A stretch of DNA of 64,000 nucleotides from Candidatus Latescibacterota bacterium (GTDB lineage: Bacteria > Latescibacterota > UBA2968 > GCA-2709665): positions 8,265-72,264 of the forward strand of contig JAGWBX010000024.1 of NCBI GenBank assembly GCA_021295655.1, given 5' to 3'. Both the position numbers and the translations under genes were made by a program. Positions 9,022 through 17,334 of the stretch are shown piece after piece. How positions within the stretch are numbered: the stretch's first letter is position 1; every line of letters starts with the position of its first letter. The notes beneath the pieces were generated by a model. That model was not told the DNA's origin. It saw only the letters and a program-made list of their open reading frames with translations, and did not search any database.

Positions 9022-10164
9022 ATGAAAACCAACAGCAGTGCACGCGGGATTTTTGCACAACCAGCGGTCTGCGGACGGCGGGTGCTTCCCGTCCTATGGT
9101 CCGCCATCGCGGGAGTGGCATTGTGCGCGTGCGGGGTGGACGAAGCAGGGTCACCGCTGGGAAGTGTGACGCCCAGGTCCTTTGGCGCGGTCGGCCCGAT
9201 GGTTGAACCCCGGAGGGATCACACGGCCACGCGATTGTCCGACGGCACCGTAATGCTCGCCGGAGGGATACACGTGGTCTCGGCCGGCGTCGAAGAACCG
9301 CTGACGAGTGCAGAGGTATTCGATCCGGTTTCGGGGCGGTTTCGGCAAACGGGCAGTTTGCCCGAAGGGCGCAGCGGACACGTGGCCGCCTTGTTGAATA
9401 ACGGCAGGGTGCTGATCGCCGGAGGAGGCAGGCAAACGCTGGTTCTGTACGATCCGGATTCCGGTTCCTTTGTTGGCAGTAACGCCGCCAGCAGAATCCA
9501 GCGTCCGAGTTCGGCCACGGCATTGCGGGATGGCAGGGTACTGCTGCTGGGCGACCTGACCCTCATGGCGGAAGTCTACGACCCTGAAGAAGACGAAATC
9601 GTAAAGAACCTCTTCGTGGGTACAAGGCGCATTCAACAGACCGCAACGCTGTTGAACAGCGGAGATGTGTTCATCGCGGGCGGCGCCAGGGGACTTGCCG
9701 AACGCTTCGATCCACAAACCGACCTGTTCTCAGCGCCTGGCGGCGCCAGCCTGCAGGTCGTCAGATTCGGGCATACGGCGACGTTGCTGGACGACGGACG
9801 TGTGTTCCTGACCGGTGGCAGCGCCGAGTTCGCGGCGGGCGTGTTCAGCCCCGTGAGCAGTACGGAGATATTCGATCCCAACCTCCCGTCGTTCCGGGAC
9901 ACGGGAAGTATGCAAACGCCAAGGTTCGGACACTCGGCCACCAGGCTGCGCGACGGAAAGGTACTCATTGTGGGCGGCGCGGCGGCCGATGCGGAGATCT
10001 ACGATCCTCATACGCGGGTGTTTCAGTTTGTAGGCGGAGACGCTGGCAGGATCAGAAGCGGCGCTACCGCCACTCTGTTGAACGACGGGCGGGTGCTCGT
10101 GGCCGGGGGTGTGGACGAGGAGTTCCTGTATCTAGAGCGCGCGCTGGTGTACAATCCCGAGTAG
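9022..10164 (+). CDS. Kelch-repeat lipoprotein
   Basis: Lipobox 'GVALCAC' followed by six or seven 'GHTATLL.DGRVL.AGG' repeats. Confidence 0.75.
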   Translation: MKTNSSARGIFAQPAVCGRRVLPVLWSAIAGVALCACGVDEAGSPLGSVTPRSFGAVGPMVEPRRDHTATRLSDGTVMLAGGIHVVSAGVEEPLTSAEVFDPVSGRFRQTGSLPEGRSGHVAALLNNGRVLIAGGGRQTLVLYDPDSGSFVGSNAASRIQRPSSATALRDGRVLLLGDLTLMAEVYDPEEDEIVKNLFVGTRRIQQTATLLNSGDVFIAGGARGLAERFDPQTDLFSAPGGASLQVVRFGHTATLLDDGRVFLTGGSAEFAAGVFSPVSSTEIFDPNLPSFRDTGSMQTPRFGHSATRLRDGKVLIVGGAAADAEIYDPHTRVFQFVGGDAGRIRSGATATLLNDGRVLVAGGVDEEFLYLERALVYNPE

Positions 10165-10190
10165 ACCGGATATTGGCGGATACAGCAAAG

Positions 10191-10228
10191 CCGAGGCTGA
10201 ATCCCGCAGGGGCGGCCTCTGTTTTTTG
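10191..10228 (+). terminator. putative intrinsic terminator after the Kelch gene
   Basis: Stem gaggc (10193-10197) pairs with gcctc (10215-10219), with an inner ccc/ggg pair, followed by TGTTTTTT. Confidence 0.4.
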
Positions 10229-10261
10229 TCCGGATTTTTGGACGACGTTCCAGCAGCGCCG

Positions 10262-12298
10262 ATGCATTCCCGGTACGTATCGCATCCATTTCAGAATGCT
10301 ATGAGTCAGCCCGAATCCCGCAGTCACGTCACGCTGTCCGAGGATGCCCCGGTCTCCGCCGCGGAAGGTTTGCGTGGAACCGTAATCGCGCTCTCGGTCG
10401 CGATGCTGATTTTCGCGTGTGTCGCCGCAACGTTTCTGGAGTTCAGGTCTCGCTCCGCGCATATGGCCATGGCGAATCTGCCTCTCGCCGTGTTGCTGCC
10501 CTTTGTCGCATGGCTCCTGGTTAACGCCCTGTTGAAGCGGTTTGTTCCGTGGCTGTCCATGACTTCGGCGGAGCTGAGGATGGCTTTGAGCATGCTCTGG
10601 GTGGGCGGTTCGTTTGCCGGATACAACTGGATCACGCAATGGGTAGGCGCTATGGCGGCCCCCAGGTATTACGCCTCCCCCGAGAACAGGTGGCGGGAGT
10701 TGATTTTCGACTATCTGCCATGGTGGATGTTTCCATCGGATTTTCCCGGAGTTACAGAAGGGTTCTTCCTTGGTGTTGAGAAGGGCGCGGGGGTGCCCTG
10801 GGGGGCATGGTTGGGACCTGTTTTCTGGGCGATGTCCGCCGGGGCCGCGATGACCGCGATCGGGGTGGGGTTGACGGCGGTGTTTCAGAAACAGTGGGTG
10901 CGGCACGAACGGCTGACCTATCCGCTTGCCCAGGTGCCGTTGGATTTGACTGAAGGCTTCGACCGCAAGCGAGGTTGGCCTCCGTTTGTGCTTCAGTGGC
11001 TGTTCTGGACAGGTTTCGCGATATCAGCGATTCCCCTGCTGTGGAATCTGATTGAATATTGGAGTCCCGGGTTTCCCCGCCTTGCCATCTTCGACGCGTA
11101 TTATGGTCCGACAGGGCCCCGGGGTGCGGAATTGTCGCGTTATCTGCAGCCGTTCTCCTACCGGATGTTACCCACCGTCCTTGGCTTTACGTTTCTGTGC
11201 GACCTGAATATCCTGTTCAGCATTTGGTCGTTGTGGCTTTCCGGACAGCTGGGATTGTATGCGATGTCCCGGGTCGGATTTACGATAGGCCTCGTGGGGC
11301 AGGAGGCCAAACCGTCGACCATTCTGGGTCTGTTTACGCACGGCGTAAGCATGGGCCTGGTGATATGGACGCTCTGGGCCGCACGGGGCCACCTGAAGAA
11401 GGTCTTTCGGCAGGTGGCAAGGCCGAGAGACGGCGAAGCGCCGGAAACCGCGATTCTTTCTCCCCGACTCGCCTTGCTTGCCATTCTGGCCGGCGTCGTC
11501 TATATGGTTTTCTGGTTGAACAGGACGGGTTACAGCGTCACGGTGGGCCTTTCCTGGCTGTTGCTGTTCTGGGCGAGTATCCTGGTGGTGATGAAGTTTC
11601 TGGCCGCGAGCGGGTTTGCCTATCTGTTTCCGAGTTTTCCAACCTCGATCCTGAATATGACCGTAGGCGCGAACCGGATGAACGAATCCACGCTCGTGGG
11701 GTTGCGCCTGGTGAACTGGCGACTGCTGGCCGGCTGGCGGCTGCCGGCGGCGCTTCCTCACGTGGAACGTCTGGCCGGGCGGCCTGGCCGTACGGGATGG
11801 GTCGTGGCTGTCAGCCTCGTCGCGGGCATGCTGGCGGCAGTCGTCTATACGGTCTCCATCTGTTACGAGGAGGGCGGCAGCACGTTTCGCACGTGGTCGC
11901 TGGTGGGCGCGCCGAGAGGGATGTACGAGGGTATCGCAAAGGCGGTTGCGGACACGGACCCCGAGGTTACCGATCCGGGAAAGATCGGCGTATGGCTCCT
12001 TGGCGGCCTGGCCGCAGGCGCCATACAGTTGATGCAAAGCCGATTCTCCTGGTGGCCGCTTCATCCCCTGGGGGTTATGCTGATGTCGAGCGGGTACGTC
12101 CGGCTTTATGTGCTGGACATATTCCTGGTTTGGCTGGCCAAGTTGACGGTCCTCCGTTTTGGCGGTATCTCACTGTACCGGCGCGTAAAACCGGTCTGCT
12201 ACGGATTGATTGTGGGGTACGTGTTCGCTGTTGGATGTTCGTTTCTGGTGGATCTGATCTGGTTTCCCGAGGGCGGCCACTATATACATGGGTACTGA
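10262..12298 (+). CDS. large polytopic membrane protein, function unknown
   Basis: About 680 aa with many hydrophobic segments throughout. It ends 6 nt before the ABC ATPase gene. The start is moved from 10226 because that codon overlaps the terminator T-run. Confidence 0.55.
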   Translation: MHSRYVSHPFQNAMSQPESRSHVTLSEDAPVSAAEGLRGTVIALSVAMLIFACVAATFLEFRSRSAHMAMANLPLAVLLPFVAWLLVNALLKRFVPWLSMTSAELRMALSMLWVGGSFAGYNWITQWVGAMAAPRYYASPENRWRELIFDYLPWWMFPSDFPGVTEGFFLGVEKGAGVPWGAWLGPVFWAMSAGAAMTAIGVGLTAVFQKQWVRHERLTYPLAQVPLDLTEGFDRKRGWPPFVLQWLFWTGFAISAIPLLWNLIEYWSPGFPRLAIFDAYYGPTGPRGAELSRYLQPFSYRMLPTVLGFTFLCDLNILFSIWSLWLSGQLGLYAMSRVGFTIGLVGQEAKPSTILGLFTHGVSMGLVIWTLWAARGHLKKVFRQVARPRDGEAPETAILSPRLALLAILAGVVYMVFWLNRTGYSVTVGLSWLLLFWASILVVMKFLAASGFAYLFPSFPTSILNMTVGANRMNESTLVGLRLVNWRLLAGWRLPAALPHVERLAGRPGRTGWVVAVSLVAGMLAAVVYTVSICYEEGGSTFRTWSLVGAPRGMYEGIAKAVADTDPEVTDPGKIGVWLLGGLAAGAIQLMQSRFSWWPLHPLGVMLMSSGYVRLYVLDIFLVWLAKLTVLRFGGISLYRRVKPVCYGLIVGYVFAVGCSFLVDLIWFPEGGHYIHGY

Positions 12299-12303
12299 CA
12301 GCC

Positions 12304-13060
12304 ATGACAGGGTGCGCGATGAAGCGTCCGGCCATTGATGTCTGCGGCGTGAGCAAGGTGTTCGAGAGCGACACCGGGCGGGTGGAGGCGTTGAGAGATG
12401 TGAATCTTCAGGTTCCCCAGGGCGTTTTCGTGTGCGTCGTCGGGCCGTCCGGTTGTGGAAAGACCAGCCTGATGCGTATCGTGGGGGACCTGGAGGCGCC
12501 CACGTCGGGGACCGTTCGGGTGAACGGAAAGTTGCCCGGGGAAGCCAGGAAGGCGCGGGAAATCGGCGTGGTATTTCAGAGTCCGGCGCTTCTCGGCTGG
12601 CGGACGGTGGAAGAGAACGTCAGGCTGCCCGGACAGGTATTAAACGATTCCCACGTGGCGGCCCGGGCCCGGGAAATGGTCAGGACGGTAGGCGTGGTGG
12701 GGTTGGAGCAGGTCGGGTGGTATGCAGTCACGAGTGTCCATCGCCAGGGCGCTGACGTACCGTCCCGCCGTCTTGCTGATGGATGAACCGTTCGGCGCGC
12801 TGGACGAAATGACGCGAGAGCGCATGCAGTTGGAGTTGCTGCGAATCTGGCGGGTCTCAAGGCCGGCCGTGCTGTTTATTACCCACAGCATTCCGGAGGC
12901 CGTTCTGCTTTCGGATCGGGTGGTGGTGATGTCGCCCCGCCCCGGCGGGCTCGTGGGAGACGTGGCGGTGGATTTTCCAAGACCGAGAAACGTCGAATTG
13001 CTTTCACAGTCGCGTTTCGTCGAGATGGTCGCGCATCTGAGAACCCTGATGGCGGGCTGA
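12304..13060 (+). pseudogene. ABC transporter ATP-binding protein (NitT/TauT-like), frameshifted
   Basis: The Walker A motif 'GPSGCGKTS' is in one frame, which runs to 12786. 'SGGMQSRVSIARAL...LLMDEPFGALD' is in another frame, which runs from about 12707 to 13060. About 8 residues expected between 'VGL' and 'LSGG' are missing. Confidence 0.7.
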
Positions 13061-13126
13061 TGCGTCATCTCAGGCGGCCTGGCATGAAAGGAGCCGGGGT
13101 TCCGCATGGAGACCGCATCGGCGCGA

Positions 13127-14098
13127 TCAGGGAGCCGGGGGAAGCAGATCGGAAACGAAAAGCCGGGAAACGTCGATCTTGCGGTCGATCAGCCCCAGAT
13201 CGAAGAGAACATCCTGGGTGTGCGACCACCGTTCCGCGGTCTGTGCGCCAAGCCCCAGGCGTTCCACGTCCGGGCTCATCAGGATGGGGATGAGCTTTTC
13301 GAAATTCGCCCGGTTGAATCTGGCGTCGCTCTCCGGGCGTTCGGCCATATATGCCGCCACCGCATCTTCCGGGTTGTCGACGGCGTAGCGCCAGCCCTTC
13401 ATACTGGCGTGGACGAATTTTCGCACGATGTCCGGGTTCTTTTTCAAATAGTCGGCGTTGACAATGATGTTGGTGCTGTAGAGGTCGATGCCGTATTGGG
13501 CAAATGAAATACGGGTTACCGCTCGACCGCGGAGTTCGACCGTTACCGGCTGGTCTTCGGTATAGCCCAGCATGGCGTCCACCTTGCCGGCAAGGAGGGG
13601 CGCCGGACTGGATTCCGTCATTCCCATCACCCGCACGCGTTCCTCGTCGATACCCGCCTTCTTGAGAAATGCCTGAAATTCCCGGTGGTTGGTGCCCCCG
13701 ATATTGACACCGACCCGTTTGCCAAACAGATCCTCCGGTTTCCGGATGTTATTCTCTTCCAACGCATACACCACAACCGGAGAGTGCTGGTTGATCACCG
13801 CGAGGGAGACCACGGGGATGTCCCTCGTGCGCGCGATCAGGGTGGCTGATCCACTGGAAATCCCGAGTTGATACTTGCCGCTGCCCACAAGACGCGCCGT
13901 CGTGGGCGCGCCGGTACCTTCGAGAATCTCGACCGAAATACCCACGGCATCGTAATATCCCTTCGCCTTCGCCGCGAAGAAACCCGCGTGCTCCATCTGC
14001 GCCTTCCAGTCCAGAAGCAACTGGATCCGCTGTGGCGTTTCGGGTGGTTTGCCGCAGGCGGTCAGAATTACAAGAAAGAGCCAGACCATACGTTTCAT
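13127..14098 (-). CDS. ABC transporter substrate-binding lipoprotein (NMT1/THI5-like)
   Basis: Lipobox 'LVILTAC', then 'IQLLLDWKAQMEHAGFFAAKAKGYY' typical of NitT/TauT-family binding proteins. GGAGG lies upstream of the ATG. Confidence 0.8.
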   Translation of the reverse strand: MKRMVWLFLVILTACGKPPETPQRIQLLLDWKAQMEHAGFFAAKAKGYYDAVGISVEILEGTGAPTTARLVGSGKYQLGISSGSATLIARTRDIPVVSLAVINQHSPVVVYALEENNIRKPEDLFGKRVGVNIGGTNHREFQAFLKKAGIDEERVRVMGMTESSPAPLLAGKVDAMLGYTEDQPVTVELRGRAVTRISFAQYGIDLYSTNIIVNADYLKKNPDIVRKFVHASMKGWRYAVDNPEDAVAAYMAERPESDARFNRANFEKLIPILMSPDVERLGLGAQTAERWSHTQDVLFDLGLIDRKIDVSRLFVSDLLPPAP

Positions 14099-14132
14099 CG
14101 GATTCCTCCAGTGAACGGTTCCGGAATGATGT

Positions 14133-14924
14133 CTATCGCCTGAGTGGTTCGTGGTAATCGCCCCAGCGTTTGAGCAGGATTTTTTCCAGGCCTTCCACAA
14201 TCAGGAAAAGGAGCGTGCCCATCGCGCCGAGTACAATCAACGCGGCGAACATGAGATCGGTAGCCAGTTCGGCGTTGGCCAGCCGCGTAAGATGCCCCAG
14301 CCCGGCGCTTGCGCCCACGAATTCTCCAACAACCGCGCCAATTACACTCAGGGTGATGCAGATTTTAAGGGCGGCGAAGAGATAGGGAATGGCGTGGGGC
14401 AGGCGGACTTTGATCAGTATCTGGCGGCGACCGGCGGAAAGCGCCCGCATCAGATCCAGAATAAGCGGGTCCACCGCCAGGAGGCCGCGTGTGGTGTTGA
14501 TAATGACCGGGAAAAATGAAATGAGCGCCGCGATGATCACCTTGGGGAACAGCCCGAGGCCGAACCAGACGATAAACAGCGGGGCGAGTGCTTCTTTGGG
14601 AAAGGTCTGGGATGAAATGACGATAGGGTACAGCATGCGCTCGATGATCGGAGAGCGCGCCATGACAATGGCGCCTGCCACGCCCGTACCGGCGCCGAGA
14701 AGAAAACCCCAGAGCGCTTCCTGCAGGGTCACCCAGGCATGGGACAAGAGCGTGTAGCGCGCCGAAACCAGTTTGACCAGGATTCGCGACGGCGCGGGCA
14801 GGATATAGTCTGCGATGTCCCACGCATAGACCAGCAGTTCCCAGATCCCGAGGGTGATGAGAACGAAAACGAGGGAGAGGCCGTACTCACGGATGAGGAC
14901 CCGAACGACGTAGACCGGAATCAC
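14133..14924 (-). CDS. ABC transporter permease (NitT/TauT family)
   Basis: The EAA-like loop 'ALSAGRRQILIKVRLPHAIPYLFAALK' marks the family. The GTG start at 14924 overlaps the TGA of the upstream gene (GTGA). Confidence 0.8.
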   Translation of the reverse strand: MIPVYVVRVLIREYGLSLVFVLITLGIWELLVYAWDIADYILPAPSRILVKLVSARYTLLSHAWVTLQEALWGFLLGAGTGVAGAIVMARSPIIERMLYPIVISSQTFPKEALAPLFIVWFGLGLFPKVIIAALISFFPVIINTTRGLLAVDPLILDLMRALSAGRRQILIKVRLPHAIPYLFAALKICITLSVIGAVVGEFVGASAGLGHLTRLANAELATDLMFAALIVLGAMGTLLFLIVEGLEKILLKRWGDYHEPLRR

Positions 14925-15298
14925 CGTTCGAACAGAATGATCTGGGCCTGAATCGAGCCGGCCTGGTTCTGGTAATCGGGGTTTTCGTTCATCGCCATAA
15001 ACAGTGGTCCTTCGTAAGGTGAGAAAAGGTCGAAATAGACCCCCGCCGCCATGGGCGGATTTTCCGATCCGACTCTGCAAATCAGGGCGCCCACGTTGGC
15101 GCCTGGCAGAAGGTAGTCGTCTCCGGCCAGGAGGCCTTCGATTCCGTTCGCGCCGCACCAGGTGATGGTTGCAGGACGCATCTCGGGCGACCAGATGCCT
15201 TCGGCGGACATCACGAGACGCTGGCCCTCTCGTACCCGCAGATACATCTCCTGCCAGATCGCATTTGGCCTGATGGTTTTGTTGATGGTCAGCGGCAT
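14921..15298 (-). CDS. PA-IL (LecA)-like lectin-fold domain protein
   Basis: 125 aa. The block order 'GQRLVMSAEG.W', 'VGALICRVGS' and 'GSIQAQIILFE' mirrors PA-IL ('GDVITIVAAGW', 'CGALVMKIGN', 'GSFSVNI'). Confidence 0.5.
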   Translation of the reverse strand: MPLTINKTIRPNAIWQEMYLRVREGQRLVMSAEGIWSPEMRPATITWCGANGIEGLLAGDDYLLPGANVGALICRVGSENPPMAAGVYFDLFSPYEGPLFMAMNENPDYQNQAGSIQAQIILFER

Positions 15299-15344
15299 GG
15301 GGACGTTTTCTCGTACATAGGTCTGAAAAAGGAACCCGGCAGGC

Positions 15345-15425
15345 AGAACACTGGCAGCCCGTTGTAAACGCCCGTCCGGGCTTTGGCCGGTCTTGCCTGC
15401 CAAGCGACATTATCAACGGACACTA
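15345..15425 (-). repeat. R1-E: hairpin element in the 5' leader of the lectin-like/ABC operon
   Basis: The minus strand reads TAGtgtccgttgataatgtcgcttggcaggcaagaccggccaaagcccggacgggcgtttacaacgggctgccagtgttct. Confidence 0.6.
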
Positions 15426-15426
15426 G

Positions 15427-15455
15427 AAGATAGGATCTCTCAACGCCAATGTCAA
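15427..15455 (-). promoter_or_regulatory. sigma70-like promoter TTGACA-17-TATCTT (minus strand)
   Basis: -35 at 15450-15455 and -10 at 15427-15432. The predicted start site falls at the first bases of R1-E. Confidence 0.5.
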
Positions 15456-15526
15456 GGCGGGAGGTCCACGCGCCAGGCACTGTCGATCGTACTGCCGCGT
15501 TGTGCGAAACCTCGAAAGGCCGAACA

Positions 15527-17281
15527 ATGGATTTCCATATGACCCTTGACTTCAGGGACGACTTCACCGCGACGTCGGTCCCCTGGACCGCCGAACGGTT
15601 CCGTGAATATATCCGTCTGGTGGCCGATCTGGGTATGAAGGGTATTCACTGGATTGAAATGGGGGACAAGGAGATGGGCAAGTGGGATCGGGGTTCCTCC
15701 ACCGATCTCATGGGTGGGGCCCGCGAGTTCGTGGAAGCCGTTCCGAATCCCCTGGCGTTTCTGTGCGAAGAGGCCCATCGCGTCGGATTGAAAGTGTACG
15801 CAGTACACAAGATCAACGATATGGCCAGCTTTGGCCCCGGTCGGTTTTATCCTCCGGGAACGGCGCCGGACGTATTGCCGGGGATTCCCCAGATCGGCGG
15901 ATCGGGCCAGATGGCGTTCCGGTGGCTTCGCGAGCATCCGGACCGGCGCGTGGAAATTCACCCGTCTCTAATGGAAGGCACAGGTGTCCGGAAACCCGTG
16001 CGGACCGTTCGCCTCTGGCACGAAACCGATCGTCTTGAAGGCGTTCCGGACATTGAGCTGTTTGTCAGTGAAACCAATGCACGATATACGCCCTATCGAG
16101 GCAGCAGCCGGGTCGACGTTTCCGTGCGGAGGCGAAAACCGCCGTTATTTGCGCCGGCGCCCGAGAAGCGTTTCGCCAACGAAGGAGAATTCGTCTGCAT
16201 CGAGGTTTCCGGCCTCGAGTTATCCCAGCCGTTTTTCTGTATCCGCTTCTCCGGTGCAATCGGCCTGACGAACACATTGACCGCGCTCCTTGAAGTCGAG
16301 GACGTTACGGGAGCGCCGGTCGTCTTCACGTGGGGATTCTTCCCCAGGTCCGATTATTCCAGATCTCTCGGTACATTCGAGGAGGCCGGTATCGGATATG
16401 ACGCCAACTGGCTCATTCCGTTCGAAAACCATCCCGGGGGACACGACTGGCAACACTCCGCGGGACGGTACCGGCTGAACGTGGACAGGGTGCCGTTCAT
16501 AGGAATCGCCCGCGGAAGAAACCGGTTTCTGACGTCCGTGGTCGAACTCGGGTACCCGGATGTCAGACGCTGGCTGCTCGACGTCGTTCAGTATGAACTC
16601 GACGCGGGTTGCGACGGGGTGGACATCCGGGTGGAGAGTCATACGCAGAATATGGATTTTGAGAATTACGGATTCGGAAAACCGGTTGTCGAAGCGTTTC
16701 GCGATCGATATGGCGTGGACATCACGCGTGAATCGTTCGATCGGGGCGCCTGGCGGGAACTGCGCGGAGAATATTTCGATCTGTTTCTGAAAGACGCATC
16801 TGAACTGATCCGGTCTCACGGAAAGGAAACGTGGATACACCTGACGGCCTATCCAAGCATGGAGCGGGAGCCCCGGCAGCAAAGCCTGCATCAGATGTAC
16901 TGGAACTGGCGTAAATGGCTGGCGGAAGGCTGGGTGGACGTCGTGAATTTCAAACGGTTTCAGGCGAGAAACCTCTCAGCCGGACAGCAGGAGGCAATCG
17001 ACCGTTTTTATCTGAAGGCGTTGAATTTCTGCAATGAACTTGGACTGCGAATGGCCTACACGCCCAATCCGAGATTCGAGGGGATGCGCGAGGAGGAATT
17101 CGTGGACATGGAACTCCGAGATATCCGGCGTATCGCCGCGGACGGATTCGACGTCTACAATTTTTATGAGGGGTGTACCTACATTCGTCTCACGGAAAAT
17201 GGCTTTAGAGTAGAAGCCGGGAGCTTGTGGCGAGCGGTCCGTGAATGGAACCGCAGAGCCGGTCTTCCACCGGGTCCATAA
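15527..17281 (+). CDS. hypothetical protein, possibly a TIM-barrel glycoside-hydrolase-like fold
   Basis: Long ORF with coding-like composition; I recognise no firm family. Start taken at 'MDFHMTLDF'. Confidence 0.45.
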   Translation: MDFHMTLDFRDDFTATSVPWTAERFREYIRLVADLGMKGIHWIEMGDKEMGKWDRGSSTDLMGGAREFVEAVPNPLAFLCEEAHRVGLKVYAVHKINDMASFGPGRFYPPGTAPDVLPGIPQIGGSGQMAFRWLREHPDRRVEIHPSLMEGTGVRKPVRTVRLWHETDRLEGVPDIELFVSETNARYTPYRGSSRVDVSVRRRKPPLFAPAPEKRFANEGEFVCIEVSGLELSQPFFCIRFSGAIGLTNTLTALLEVEDVTGAPVVFTWGFFPRSDYSRSLGTFEEAGIGYDANWLIPFENHPGGHDWQHSAGRYRLNVDRVPFIGIARGRNRFLTSVVELGYPDVRRWLLDVVQYELDAGCDGVDIRVESHTQNMDFENYGFGKPVVEAFRDRYGVDITRESFDRGAWRELRGEYFDLFLKDASELIRSHGKETWIHLTAYPSMEREPRQQSLHQMYWNWRKWLAEGWVDVVNFKRFQARNLSAGQQEAIDRFYLKALNFCNELGLRMAYTPNPRFEGMREEEFVDMELRDIRRIAADGFDVYNFYEGCTYIRLTENGFRVEAGSLWRAVREWNRRAGLPPGP

Positions 17282-17334
17282 CCACTTATGGCCGGCGCCC
17301 TGGTCGTCGGCTGGAAAACAGGGGAATACGAGTG

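Noticed and set aside
7884-9107. Long ORFs antisense to, or out of frame with, confident genes. Examples: 7884-9107(-), 17179-18525(-), 31577-32905(-), 39139-40296(+), 50135-51184(-), 5971-7284(+), 11059-12303(+), 32839-33981(+).
   Set aside because: These are typical shadow ORFs of a ~60% GC genome. Their translations are Arg/Pro/Gly-rich and motif-free, and each overlaps a gene with clear family signatures on the other strand or frame.
10226-10261. The TTG start at 10226 given by the ORF track for the large membrane protein.
   Set aside because: The codon lies within the T-run of the upstream terminator-like hairpin. The in-frame ATG at 10262 (or 10301) is more plausible.
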